Origin: Octopus vulgaris
Taxonomy: Eukaryota
Reading direction: 5' to 3'
Length of the DNA stretch: 64,000 nucleotides
NCBI GenBank assembly: GCA_951406725.2
Contig: OX597836.1
Span: 35,030,001-35,094,000, forward strand
Shown here: piece after piece, positions 1-14,194 of the stretch
Position numbering within the stretch: position 1 is the stretch's first letter
Layout of the letters: each line of letters opens with the position of its first letter
Program-made: the position numbers and the translations under genes
Notes under the pieces: model-generated
Database searches by the model: none
Told to the model about the DNA's origin: nothing
The model's input: only the letters and a program-made list of their open reading frames with translations

Positions 1-229
1 AGAAGGAAGGACAAACTGAGACAGAGAGGGAGTGTCTGACATGCTGGTATTGTCAATGCATGACTTCTAAAAGCAGAAGTAGAGTCACTGAGAGGGAAGG
101 GGAGACAAAATACAACTGGACGGATTTTCTTTGAAACAAAGTAACTATTTTATCTAATTTTCCGATCATATGGATAAAAAAATCACAGGGCATGCAACGC
201 ATACCTTGCATACCTGAGAGTGCACGCCC

Positions 230-267
<38 letters not shown>

Positions 268-269
<2 letters not shown>

Positions 270-771
270 AAAAAGGGTGGAATATAATTAATTTAATAAA
301 ATTAATAAATTTCACCTAGTAGATTTATCGGTATGGAAAAGATCCTATTTGGTAAGGGTTATAATAATTATAATTAAGGGTTAATTGCAACAAGTTGCTC
401 AAAACCATATTCCGAAAATATTAGAAATAGCAGCTAAATTGACCACTATTTTTCCTACTAATAAAAGTCTCCACAAACAAACAGAATTTGTAACCTGTAT
501 ATGGCAAAAAGGGAAGAAAATAACGAAATCCCAGCCTTTTTTGCCATATTACAGGTTACAAATTCTGTTTGTTTGTGGAGACTTTTATTAGTAGGAGAAA
601 TAGTGATCAATTTAGCTGCTATTTCTAATATCTTCGGAACATGGTTTTGAGCAACTTGTTGCAATTAACCCTTAATTATAATTATTATAACCCTTACCAA
701 ATATGGCCTTTTCCATACCGATAAATCTACTAGGTGAAATTTATTAATTTTATTAAATTAATTATATTCCA

Positions 772-780
<9 letters not shown>
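268..780. mobile_element. Fold-back (head-to-head) pair of Penelope pLTR/retrozyme-like 3' modules inside a (TA)n tract
   Basis: About 240-bp inverted arms (270-512 / 535-780) with a ~22-nt spacer and (TA)n on both sides. Arms carry the CTGCTATTTC motif and the ...CCATACCGA...GGTGAAATT...CCACCC terminus shared with the ribozyme-bearing elements at 26921 and 44060. Confidence 0.8.
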
Positions 781-1878
<1,098 letters not shown>

Positions 1879-2012
1879 TATATATATATATATATATGCA
1901 AAAAAGGGTGGATATATATATATATATATGCAAAAAAGGGTGGAATATAATTAATTTAATAAAATTAATAAAATTAATATTATTTAATTTATATACATAT
2001 ATATAGATATAT

Positions 2013-2063
<51 letters not shown>

Positions 2064-2156
2064 AGTCTCTCTCTCTCTCTCTAACTACAACAGAATGTAA
2101 TTGATCGGACCATATGAGAATCGTCGCTTGTAAGGGTCTGATCAATTATATTGACA

Positions 2157-2233
2157 AATGTTGCTGATGAATCATAGACAATTATGTAAGTATAATCTGC
2201 ATTTTGTTAATGAAGAAACAATTGTACAACATT
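2157..2233 (+). ncRNA. Type I hammerhead ribozyme (minimal stem III, loop AATT)
   Basis: AATGTTG-CTGATGA-[imperfect stem II TCAT.GACAA..ATGTA / TGCAT..TTGTT.ATGA]-GAAA-C-AATT-G-TA-CAACATT. Stem I is 7 bp; cleavage triplet GUA. Confidence 0.85.
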
Positions 2234-2487
2234 AATCCATTATTTAGTAGTAATTTAATTTCATAGGGTTGATTGTGGTGCTATTTCTATGTGGATTTAT
2301 CGTCGGCGACTTTTACCGATCGGACCTATTTCTAGCACTAGAGTTAACATATTCAATGTTGACTCTCTAATATTTACGGATAAATATGAATTTGTGTCCC
2401 CGGTTTTTTGTGCTAGGTCGCTTGGTGTTAAAATAAGGGTATTATTGAATTAATATCTATAATTTTATTCACCCTCATTATTTAATT

Positions 2488-2616
<129 letters not shown>

Positions 2617-2861
2617 TGAGAGGTGAATAAAATTATAGATATTAATTCAATAATACCCTTATTTTAACACCAAGCGACCTAGCACAAAAAACCGGGGACA
2701 CAAATTCATATTTATCCGTAAATATTAGAGAGTCAACATTGAATATGTTAACTCTAGTGCTAGAAATAGGTCCGATCGGTAAAAGTCGCCGACGATAAAT
2801 CCACATAGAAATAGCACCACAATCAACCCTATGAAATTAAATTACTACTAAATAATGGATT

Positions 2862-2938
2862 AATGTTGTAAAATTGTTTCTTCATTAACAAAATGCAGAT
2901 TATACTTACATAGTTGTCTATGATTCATCAGCAACATT
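2862..2938 (-). ncRNA. Hammerhead ribozyme, inverted copy with a stem III mismatch
   Basis: Reverse complement of 2157-2233, but reads GAAACAATTTTA (G16.2 to T). Confidence 0.7.
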
Positions 2939-3032
2939 TGTCAATATAATTGATCAGACCCTTACAAGCGACGATTCTCATATGGTCCGATCAATTACAT
3001 TCTGTTGTAGTTAGAGAGAGAGAGAGAGACTG

Positions 3033-3034
<2 letters not shown>

Positions 3035-3101
<67 letters not shown>

Positions 3102-4354
3102 TATAGATAGATAGATAGATAATAAAGAAATAGGTATTTTTTCTGCCGCTGTTGTAGTGTGTATGTGTGTTAGCGATTACACACAGTCTACTTGTGTGAA
3201 ATTATCACAGACCGAATACCTTTCTCCCGCAACTCCAATTCATTGCTTCATTCTTTCTTTTTTTCTCACTCTTTACGTCTCCTCCAAGGTGACCACAACC
3301 ACTATCAGTCAACCCATTTCCGTACAAACGTTTCTTATTTTATTTATTCATTAATATTGCTTACTTTCCTTATATGGGGAAAAAATCCTATCCTTAATAT
3401 TTAAGTTCATACACACACACACACACGCACACACATACATACATACATACATACAAACATACATACATACATGCATGCATGCATACATACATACATACAT
3501 ACATGCATGCATACATACATGCATACATGCATGCATGCATACATACATACACACATACATATATACTTACATGCATACATACATACACACATACATATAT
3601 ACATACATGCATGCATACATACTTACATACATACATGCATGCATGCATACATACATACATACATACATGCGTGCATGCATGCATGCATACATACATACAT
3701 ACATACATACATGCATACATACACACATATATACATACACACATATATACATACATACATATATACATACACACATACATACATACATACATACATACAT
3801 ACATACATACACACATACATACACACATACATACATACATACATACATGCATGCATACATACATACATGTATGCATGCATACATACATGCATACATACAT
3901 ACATACATGCGTGCATGCATGCATGCATGCATACATACATACATACAAACATACATACATACATACATACATGCTTGTATACATACATACACACACATAC
4001 ATACATACACACATACATACATACATTCATACATACATACATACATAGATACAAACATACATACATACATACATACATACATACATACATACATGTATGC
4101 AGGCATGCATACATACATACATAGATACATACATGCCTGTATGTATGCATGCATACATACGTACATACATACATACACACATACAAAAATACATACATAC
4201 ATGCTTGCATACATACATACACACACATACATACATACACACACACATACATGCATACATACATACATACACACACACGCACACACACACACACATACAT
4301 ACATACATACATACATACGCACATACACACATACACACATATACATACACACAC

Positions 4355-4389
<35 letters not shown>

Positions 4390-4400
4390 CATGCTCTCTC
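3035..4400. repeat. (GATA)n and long (TACA/TGCA/CA)n compound microsatellite
   Basis: Direct reading: (GATA)n at 3035-3120, (TACA)n-rich tract at 3408-4400. Confidence 0.95.
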
Positions 4401-4449
4401 TCACATTCCCCCATTCATCACCCTCTTGTACTATCTTATATCCCTCCCC

Positions 4450-4900
4450 ACCTCTACACACTCAATAACACTATAAAATGGACAAAATCTTTCAGCCAGA
4501 ACTTAGTTCAATTTGAAAACTCCACCAGAATGGACGAAAGCGCTATAATATATATGATATACGATATATAATATCCTTGCTACATTCACCCATTTTTTTT
4601 AAAACATTCACTAGACAAAACTTGCCTCTCTACTCTCACTTTCCTCTTCAAGTGATACTTGAAGAAGTTGATGAGAGATTGACCAGAGAGGAAAGTGTTT
4701 GTCTCTAATCCTTTCAGGCGCGTCCACCAGATATATTCTTTCGCCATAGCCACAAGTATGATAAAAATAGCTCTTCCCTCCCGTTTGAAGGAAGTAGGCG
4801 TGACGATATTAACGATAGACTCGGCTGATAAACCGACACGTCCCACACGTTACAGCAGTCGTTCGACATAAGCCCACAGGTCGGAGATTGTTGGACACTG
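4450..4900 (-). mobile_element. 3' end of a Tx1/L1-clade LINE ORF2
   Basis: QCPTISDLWAYVERLL followed by LVAMAKEYIWWTR...FFKYHLKRKVRVER, resembling Tx1-type C-termini. Truncated at (GATA)n. Confidence 0.6.
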
Positions 4901-4901
4901 C

Positions 4902-4990
<89 letters not shown>

Positions 4991-5213
4991 TGTATGAATG
5001 TTTATGTCTCTATGTGTTTGTTTGTCCCCCATCAGCGCTTGACAACAGATATTAGTCTGTGTACGCCCTGTAATCTAGTGGTTCGGCCAAAGAAACCGAT
5101 AGATCATGTACTAGATCTTTTAAAAATTAGTCCTGGGGTCAACTAAAATCTTTCAAGGTAGTGTTCCAGCATGGCCGCAGTCACATGAGTGAAACTAGTA
5201 AAAGAATAAGAGA

Positions 5214-5386
5214 ATAGGAGTGGCTGTGTGGTAAGTTCATTGCTTACCAGCCACATGGTTCTGGGTTCAGTCCCACTGCGTGGCACCTTGCGCAAGTGTC
5301 TTCTACTATAGCCTCGGGCCGACCAGAGCCTTGTGAGTGGGTTTGGTAGACGGAAACTGAAAGACGCCCGTCGTATATATGTATAC

Positions 5387-5430
<44 letters not shown>

Positions 5431-5664
5431 TTGTGTGTCTGGGTTTGCCCCCCGCCACACACACACACACACACACATCGCTAGACAACCGATGCTGGTG
5501 TGTTTACGTCCCCGTATTGTAGCGGTTCGGCAAAAGAGTCCGATAGAATAAGTACTAGGCTTACAAAGAATAAGTGCTGGGGTCGATTTGCTCGACTAAA
5601 GGCGGTGCTCCAGCATGGCCACATTCAAATGACCGAAAAGAGAATAGCGTAAAAGAGAAAGAGT
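5214..5664 (+). mobile_element. tRNA-derived SINE, family A
   Basis: A box TGGCTGTGTGG, B box GGTTCAGTCCC, CORE-like CCTTG.GCAAG, internal (TA)(TG) tract, tail GGTGCTCCAGCATGGCC...AAAAGAG. A 3' half copy precedes it at 5030-5210. Confidence 0.85.
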
Positions 5665-6023
5665 AATAAATACATATTTAAGGAGGGAGTAAAGGAAAAA
5701 AACTGGATTAAATCCATTATGTCAACTGCTACTAAAAAACCTGACATATCAGTTACGTTGTCATGATGACTTCAATCGATATAGTATCGCCTTCCGCAAT
5801 CTGCTATCCTATTTGGTTATGCAACAATGACATTCTAACATGATTCGTTGTTTTCTGTTTGCTTCGAATATTTGAAGAATGTATATCCTAATTTGAAACG
5901 TCAGACGAAACTACTGAATCGGAAAACTGGTGGTGCGTATGTATGTATGTATGTATGTATGTATGTATGTATGTATGTATGTATGTATGTATGTATGTAT
6001 GTATGTATGTATGTATGTATGTA

Positions 6024-6533
6024 CAACCTGTTGCATGGTCGGGTCATCGGCTACTAAACCGGCAACCCCACCAAGCTTGCTTGATGAGGAGGGTGTTTAT
6101 TGGACACCCTGCGGGATGAAAAACAAAACCTGTCAAAGGGAGGAGGAACTCTTGAGAGTCAACGGCCATCCAGTAAATGTCTTAAGGCGGGATCATGTGC
6201 GGGGACATTGAAATAATCGGGCTGAATACCTGATCGCGCGGTTAAACCATTGGGAGTGAAGGACTCCTAGCCTTTGTTAGGGCGTACTTCTAGGAGAAGG
6301 TAATTCAGGTATCTGGGATAACTCCGACATAAAACCTGCGGCTCAGTGGTTACCGATGATGTTGACTTGTTCTTCTTTTCAGATTACGGCTGCTGTTGCT
6401 TAGTGAATGGGATTGACTCAGTGCACAGCCTTTCCCCACTTAAAAAAAATCGTCTTGCACAGGCATTGCACGATAACAACATTGATTAATTTTCGAGCAA
6501 TGGCCATACTCGATAACGAGGGGGCAGCCACCA
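6024..6533 (+). mobile_element. GC-richer non-autonomous retroelement, possibly RTE-derived, in (TATG)n
   Basis: Sharp composition boundary with (TATG)n on both sides. Motifs GGCAACCCCACCAAG and TCTAGGAGAAGG recall RTE 5' UTRs. Confidence 0.4.
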
Positions 6534-6582
6534 TGTATGTATGTATGTATGTATGTATGTATGTATGTATGTATGTGTATAT

Positions 6583-6818
6583 AAACCAGCTTAAATTTGA
6601 AGAGAATGCCTGTATTTCCAAGCCATACCGCATTTAATTTAATTGGGCTGGTTTGCCAAAAAGTACTTCGAAACTATGCATAGTCCAAAGATGATAAGGG
6701 TAAATGTTTTTAATTTTACCTTTGATTTCTGAATTACTACTATTTAGCGGTTTGAGTTTGGCTGCTCGTTTTAGCGAGTTGAATGACCTATTAAAGCCAT
6801 TCTTTAATATTATTGTTG

Positions 6819-6820
<2 letters not shown>
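6583..6820 (+). mobile_element. Hammerhead-family element with damaged ribozyme core
   Basis: GAAACTATGCATAGTCCAAAGATGATA is identical to the intact ribozyme at 38778-38875. The 5' core reads TTTGAAGA (CTG lost). Ends in (TA)n. Confidence 0.65.
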
Positions 6821-6859
<39 letters not shown>

Positions 6860-6861
<2 letters not shown>

Positions 6862-7237
6862 GAGCAAAACGCCCCCCGTCCAATGGATGGTGCTGAGTTG
6901 TCAAACATTTACACCAAATTTTTTCAAAACAACTTGTCCGACCGTCCCATAGTCCTCCTCTTTGAGAAACACTGATTTAACCTATATTTGAGATACCAGC
7001 AAAAGAAGAAATAAAGATAGACATTTTTCTATTCCCCACTAAAAAAAAAATCGATTTCCCACGGCTTTATCGATCGCATTCTCCCCTGGAATCGATTTTT
7101 GTAATTTTTCAAGATCTATACACGCCCTGATACCGTCGGTATCTACATATCAAATTTGAGTGCAATCGAATGGAGGGTTTCCGAGATCCTAGAAGCCACA
7201 CGCACACACACAGACAAAACGGATTTTATATAAGAGA

Positions 7238-7303
<66 letters not shown>

Positions 7304-7655
7304 AAGAAAGAATGAAGAAAGAAAGTAAAAAAAGGAGGTAAGAAAGGAAGAATGAAAGATGAGAAAGAAAGAAGAGGTGGATGTCTGAGTGATAATGTTC
7401 GTCCATTCATAATAAATGAAAACAATAAGTTTGACTGTAGAGTAAATTCTTCAAGGAGTATATCCATGCAGGATGCGTCGCCTCAGACTGTAAAGGGAGG
7501 TAACTAAATTGATTTTGGCAAATTTGTTTGTAATTTTTTCAAGATTTATACACGCCTTGATACCGTCGGTATCTACATATCAAATTTGAGCGCAATCGGA
7601 TGGAGGATGCCTGAGATCCGAAGAGACACACACACACACACACATTTTATATGAG
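6860..7655 (-). mobile_element. Helitron-like non-autonomous repeats, two related segments
   Basis: 7095-7236 and 7525-7655 are direct copies. Each ends in a TCTC.TATA.AA-type 5' terminus on the minus strand, like other Helitrons here. Confidence 0.45.
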
Positions 7656-7699
7656 CGATATCTCCGTGCTGCATAAATATGCATTAATCTTAGCGCCCT

Positions 7700-9765
7700 T
7701 ACTGAAGAAACACGGACGGCAACTTAATTTATTTGAACATTAATGCAGAAAGCAGATATAAGAATATAAAGAGAACAAGAGAAAGTATCAAAGGGGTCAA
7801 AGGCTATCAGTAGAGGAAAAAACATTAAGAGGTTTAAGTGCAATACTAGAAAGGAGGTCATTTAATTAATTTATTTATTATTGTTACTATTTATACAAAT
7901 GTTTATACATTGTAAGACAGACTTTAGGTCTATACCTAGAGGTCAATTAATTTCTATAGTAAAAGGTGTGAGAGTAGTGTTTATTCAAAAAAATAGTGAA
8001 AATCATAGTGAAAATTCCTTATATTATTATTAAGGGAGTAGCATTACTTATTTAAACTTATAATAGAATTATGAAGTATTAGCAACTTATTTGATTTAAG
8101 TTGGGTTAATTAAATTAGATTAAAATTAGATTAAATTAAATTAACTATATAGTCAATTAAAATTTTTGGCAACGTACAAATACTATTTATTTCTTTGTGT
8201 TCTAAACCAGGTACAGTTAGAAAGAAAGAACCACAGTGTAAGAGCTTGCAGATATCTATTTAAAAATATATTAGAGTTTTGTTTTTTAGTAAAAGCAAGA
8301 TAGACCTAGCTCCATACGATTATTCTATACGATTTTTATTTAAAATATTTTAGAGTCTTAATTTTTGCGTGAATACAAGACGGGACCCAATTCTATACGG
8401 TTATTTAACAAATTCTTTTTTTTCTATGCCTTAGAATTTCATATGTCTCCATGGAGCAGAGTTGGCAAACAACCCTGTTATTTCTATAAGGCTTCGCTCT
8501 TCTAACTATTTCCCAATTAAGGTTATATTTAATATTATTATTTTTGAGTTCCCAGATCTTACCTGGAAGTGTGGTGCAACCAGCTTTATGACGTAACTTA
8601 AAAGAGGAGATATGGTTGCTAACTCTTTTTTAAAATTTTATAGTACAACCTAAATAAAAAAATTGCTATTCTCAGTAGTTATGGTACATTTATAGATTAC
8701 GTTATTTACCCCACACAGACCAGGTGCTGGGCATTTTGACCTAATTCTACAATTACACCTAGGGGGAATCATCTTCAGATGTAGAATTATTTAAGGATAG
8801 ATATCCCATATTTTTGCTATTCTGATTAATATGAGTATATTTATCGTTATTATAGTTAATATTGTTATCTATAGCAGTGTTATCATTTATCGATCCGTTT
8901 ACACTATCATTCAGTTCTATAGCCCTATCATAATTACTTGCATTATTGGTATTGCTATTATTATTGCTGCATTTATATCCGAATGTATATTGTTGTTATA
9001 GATATCAATGTTGTCTTCATTCCCGATATTTTCTCTATTAGCATTGCTCATATTATTAACATTATTGCTCCTATTAATATTAATATTATTATTAGTTGAT
9101 GCTACTAATTGGTTATTGATGCTACCTTTGTTTTGATAGTTACTATTATTGTGGTTATTATTTTTATTTTTGATAATATTATTACAATTGTTATTGGTAT
9201 TCATGTTGGTATTAGTCTTATTATTCCTGGCTAGCTTAATGTTATTATTATTAGTCTTAGCTATTATAGTGGACATATTTGGGAGGGTTGAATAAGAAAT
9301 CCTAACCGCTTTTTTAGAAATTATTCTATGATATTTATGAGAGGCTGGGAAATTTCTTTCTAGAATTACTTTGAATCTGCCTTGTATATCCGATAAAATC
9401 GCACAGTTGAAAGGAATATTCAGCCAGATTATATCTTTCTTATTAAATTTCCTTAAATTAGAATTGGGGTTAGTTGAATTATTACTAATCTCACCAGAGC
9501 CATTATATTTATTACTATTATTTGTATGCTTTTTTGATTTATCTAAATTGGTTTTATCCGAGTTACCTATGCCCTGGTCTATATTTTTATTCTTATGATT
9601 AGGCTTGTACGTTAGATTTGTTGTCACCGTAAATCTATTTCTACTTTTATTTCGGGCTTGATCTATATTGTTGTTTACGTGGTTACTGTTACCTCCTTTA
9701 TTAGGAATATGTAAGCTCTCCTTATCAATAAAGGTAATCTTTTGGTTGTATCCTGCCTTAGATAA
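7700..9765 (-). mobile_element. Penelope-like element (Naiad-type) remnant: RT C-terminus, linker and GIY-YIG endonuclease, frameshifted
   Basis: LSKAGYNQKITF (~9750); IIWLNIPFN...FPASHKYHRIISKKAVRISYSTLPNM; CNCRIRSKCPAPGLCGVNNVIYKC...YLG (CxCx5C at 8757); FKKRVSNH; CQLCSME; LNNRIEL...CIH; stop at ~8336. The 3' boundary is approximate. Confidence 0.85.
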
Positions 9766-9904
9766 TATACGTATGAACTATTCCGTATTTATGCATTTAA
9801 AATCTACAACGGTATTGTGTTGCTGACTTAAAAAAAGTTGTGAAACTAAACCAGGTCTTGAGCGACACGTTATATAAGAAGATATAATATACACATGTAT
9901 TAGA

Positions 9905-10005
9905 ATTTTCTCTGTTTTTTTCAAATTTTTGTATGCTAGGATACTGGTTTTAAATTGATATTAATTAAATTAATATTCAATTTATCTCCCTCATTATTTA
10001 AATAT
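9905..10005 (+). mobile_element. Isolated 3' terminus of the (TA)n-targeting family
   Basis: TGCTAGG..CTGGT..TAAA...ATTAATAT...CCCTCATTATTTAA matches 2410-2485. Confidence 0.55.
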
Positions 10006-10012
10006 ATGTATA

Positions 10013-10430
10013 AGAGTGGCTGTGTGGTAAGTAGCTTGCTAACCAACCACATGTTTCCGGGTTCAGTCCCACTGCGTGGCATCTTGGGCAAGTGTCTTCT
10101 GCTATAGCCCCGGGCCAACCAATGCCTTGTGAGTGGATTTGGTAGACGGAAACTGAAAGAAGCCTGTCGTATATATGTATATATATATATAGGTGTGTGT
10201 GTATATGTTTGTGTGTCTGTGTTTGTCCCCCTAGCATTGCTTGACAACCAATGCTGGTGTGTTTACGTCCCCGTCACTTAGCGGTTCGGCAAAAAGAGAC
10301 CGATAGAATAATTACTGGGCTTACAAGGAATAAGTCCCGGGAATCGATTTGGTCGACTAACGGCGGTGCTCCAGCATGGCCGCAATCAAATGACTGAAAC
10401 AAGTAAAAGAGTAAAAGAATAAAAGAGAGT
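10013..10430 (+). mobile_element. SINE family A
   Basis: Same head, core and tail as 5214-5664. Confidence 0.9.
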
Positions 10431-11009
10431 ATATATACGTATGTATGTATGTATGTATGTATGTATGTATGTATGTATGTATGTATGTATGTATGTATGT
10501 ATGAACTATTCCGGGTTTTATGCATTTAAAATCTACAACGGTATTGTGTTGCTGTCTTAAAAAAAGTTGTGAAACTAAACCAGGACTTGAGCGACACGTT
10601 ATATAACAAGATAGAATATATTATTGATTTTTGTCAACAAGTTATACGGCTAGCATTGTACTCGTGTAAATCAATAATCTATCCTTAGTTCGTAAGTATT
10701 AAGAATCTTCTGCATTGAAGTTAGCTGAAATATGTAGTGCTTTTGTGAATTTAAATCGAATGACTGTTACCTTGACATGAATAATTTCATTCTTGTCGAA
10801 AGTGTTTAATCTTGTTTTTAATTACCCCCAAACCTTTCTCTCTTCCTTCAGTAAAACAGCTGCATGTTATTAAACTGATAGCACAGTTCCTAAAGATGGT
10901 AAAAGGATCCCATGCTGGGACGAGCCCATGAAGAATCTTCAAGCGAATGAATAGACATCCGGACTTTTATATTTTGTTTTATTAATTTATTTATTGAGCT
11001 GGTACATTT

Positions 11010-11159
11010 TCTATCGATTTTTTTTTTTTGCCGAATCGCTAACTTAAAGAGATGTAAACAGACCAACACCGGATGTCAAGCAGTGTGTCAGGAGACAAAC
11101 AGACACAAAGACACACATCTCTCTCTATATATATATAGATGAGTGTGTGTATGTGTGTG

Positions 11160-11240
<81 letters not shown>

Positions 11241-11408
11241 TGGGCTTTTTCTCACTTTCTGTCCACTAAATCCACTCACAAAGCTTTGGTCGGCTCCCGG
11301 TTATAGCAGAAGACACTTGCCAAGGTATTAAAGTCCAAGGTGTCACGCAGTAGAACTGAACCCAAGATCATGTGACTGGGAATCGAACTTTTTACCACAC
11401 AGCTACGC
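11010..11408 (-). mobile_element. SINE family A, diverged
   Basis: Reverse complement of the head and central region. Confidence 0.7.
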
Positions 11409-11429
11409 ATATTTATATATATTTATGTA

Positions 11430-12232
11430 TATGATGATGATGGCAATCCCTCAAGGTCGAGGATGATCGTCTTCGCGCAAATTTACTGGTGAGTCCGTAG
11501 GTGACCGATAAGACCAATTCTTGCTTGAAAAGATCGATCGCAGTGCGGACAACTAGTGCCGGAAGGGAGAGTCGCACGTGGTTGTTGTTGGCGCTCCTTC
11601 CGTCGTCGTCTTTTCTCCTCCAGCTCTGCAGGCCTTTTCGACTCGAAAGTCGCCGTTCCCTCATGGATGGTGGTTTTCCAGAGTGGTCTGTTTTTTGCCG
11701 TTTCCTCCCAGTTAGTGAAGTCGATGTCACACTTTTTGAGGTTCGTTTTCAGGGAGTCCTTGTAGCATTTCTTCTGGCCTCCTTTTGTACGCTTGCCGTC
11801 TTTGAGTTTGGAGTAGAAGATCTGTTTGGGAAGTCGTTCGTCAGTCATTTTAACCACGTGGCCGCTCCATCTTAGTTGGCCTTTGATGACATAGGCTTCG
11901 ATGCTGGTCATTTTTGCTTCTTGTAGCACGCTGACGTTTGTTCTTCTGTCTTCCCAGCTGATGTTAAGGATCTTCCGAAGACAGCGTTGGTGAAATTTCT
12001 CGAGCGTTTTCATGTGGTGACTATACGGGGTCCAGGTTTCGGATGCGTAAAGGAGGGTTGGAATAATGACTGCCCGGTACACCATGAGTTTGGTTTCGGT
12101 TCGGATGTCCTGATCAGCAAAAACTCTTCTTCGAAGCTTGCCGAAAGCTGTTCCTGCACACCTCAGACGGTGTTGGATTTCATTGCTGAGGTCTACCTTT
12201 GCTGACAGATGGCTCCCAAGGTAGCAGAAATC
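11430..12232 (-). mobile_element. RTE-clade LINE, 3' part (RT C-terminus, zinc-finger tail, (CAT)n end)
   Basis: VYRAVIIPTLLYASETW...FHQRCLRKILNISWEDRRTN...QLRWSGHV...RLPKQIFY...CPHCDRSFQARIGLIGHLRTH; 3' tail GGATTGCCATCATCATCAT. Confidence 0.92.
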
Positions 12233-12234
12233 GG

Positions 12235-13305
12235 CGATGGATGACGGGAGCAGGCTCGTGAAGGCTGGTGGCTCCTAGGGCAGAACCGGCACGGATGCGG
12301 TGGTTACATGATTCAGTCGCTCTATCTTTCGGAAGAAGCAAGGAAAATGTTCGGCAGCAGTATCCACGACTGAGCAGCCCTGTTTAGGATCCACTCTGCT
12401 CACCCTGAATTGGGAAGGGGCTAGAAAAGGTGCCCTAAACATTGTCTGCTTCACCCCAATCCTGTCTGGAAAACCGCGTCCAGAGGGATCTCCATCATGC
12501 GGTCGATAATCAAGATCAAGATACGCAACGCTGAAATTCGGGACCTGAAATGTCAGGACTCTCATAGATAACACCAACTCAGACAGACCCGAAAGGCGAA
12601 CTGCAATCATCGCCCGGGAACTCCATCGATTCAATTTTGACATCGTAGCTCTCAGTGAAACCCGGAGAGCCGGAGAAGGCCGGCTGAGAGAAGAAGGCGG
12701 TCAATACACCTTTTTCTGGAAAGGTTACGATCCCGACTATCAACGGATCCATGGTGTGGGTTTTGCAATACGAAACACCATCCTATCCAAACTGACAGAG
12801 CAGCCATCGGAATGTCCGCACGACTCATGACCCTCCGACCCAGCTTGTCAAAAGTCAGCACGCAACTATCATCAGCGCGTATGCTCCCACCCTTGACGCG
12901 GAGGATTTAGTCAAGGAGGAGTTTTACAGCCAGCTTGATAGCATTCTCTCTACCGTCCCAAAGGACGACAAGATCATTCTCCTGGGAGATTTCAACGCCA
13001 GAGTTGGGAGAGATCGTGAACTCTGGACAGGAACCATCGGAAAGGAAGGAGTGGGAAAAGTCAATGCCAATGGAACTCTGCTACTCACCAAATGTGCTGA
13101 ACATAACCTGGTGATAACCAACACCCTTTTTTGCCAGAAGAATCGATATAAGGTTTAATGGCAGCATCCAAGATCTAAAAAATGGCATCTCATCGACTAT
13201 ATCATCGTGAGATCCCGAGACCAGCAAGATGTGTTGCTCACCAGAGCTGCCACTGGAGCAGATGAGTGCTGGACAGATCATCGCCTCATCGCCTCCACCT
13301 TGAAG
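12235..13305 (+). mobile_element. RTE-clade LINE, 5' UTR and AP endonuclease, frameshifted and inverted relative to the 3' part
   Basis: NVRTL..., IARELHRFNFDIVALSETR, YTFFWKG, HGVGFAI, ATIISAYAPT, DKIILLGDFNARVG, WHLIDYII, WTDHRL. Confidence 0.9.
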
Positions 13306-13334
13306 ATTATGTATATATATATGTGTGTGTGTGT

Positions 13335-13409
<75 letters not shown>

Positions 13410-14194
13410 CGCGCGCGCGAGCGTGTGTGTGCGTGTGTGTAATTTAAACCAATTTGATTCGGCTTCATCAGACTTCAATTTTCGCAAGATTTTAATAGAA
13501 ATCCTGCTTTTTCAGACTCGGGTTTCCGAATCGGTAATTTGAGCCTGAGTGAGAAAGTTTTTGCATGGAGCTAAATCAAAGAGTTTTAAATAATCCCTTC
13601 TACTAAAAGCAAAAGGCCTGAAATTTAGGAGTAGGGGAGCAAGTCAATTATATCGACCCCAGTGCTCCTCTGGTACTTATTTCATCGACCCCGAAAGAAT
13701 GAAAGGCCAAGTCAACCACCTGACTAAATGCCTATTTCTTTACTACCCACAAGGGGCTAAACACAGAGAGGACAAACAAGGACAGACAAACGGATTAAGT
13801 CTCTTCCTTTGTTCTCTCCCTGTCCCTCTCACTATGCATTAACTCTATTGCTTATTCTGTGTAATGCTTTTTGCTTGACCAATCAAATCTTTGCATTATG
13901 TTATTCGATCGTTTGTAATGTCTATTTGAGACAGAACACGCCCGACACGTGTGCATACAAAACATCGGATCTTCACACACACAACCGCGTAATTCAATGG
14001 TACAAGGACTTGACTTAACGGTTAGTGATCTTCAATCTTTACTTTAGTTATGAGGCTGCGGCCATGCTGGGGCACCTTCACGAAGAATTTTATCAGAAAG
14101 AATTCACCCCAGTACTCATTTTTTTATTTCTTATTTTTTAAATCTTCTTTCTTTCTTTCTTTTTTTTTTGTTTTCTTTTTTTTTTTTGAAGACT

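Noticed and set aside
385-664. Twin 68-aa ORFs on opposite strands
   Set aside because: A consequence of the fold-back; TTG starts and no protein features.
5700-5930. Possible isolated host exon
   Set aside because: All three frames after the candidate acceptor hit stops; no recognisable domain.
6075-6130. TTGATGAG-hairpin-GAAA resembling a hammerhead; HDV-like fold also considered
   Set aside because: No UH triplet or stem I partner after GAAA, and I could not assemble a nested double pseudoknot by eye.
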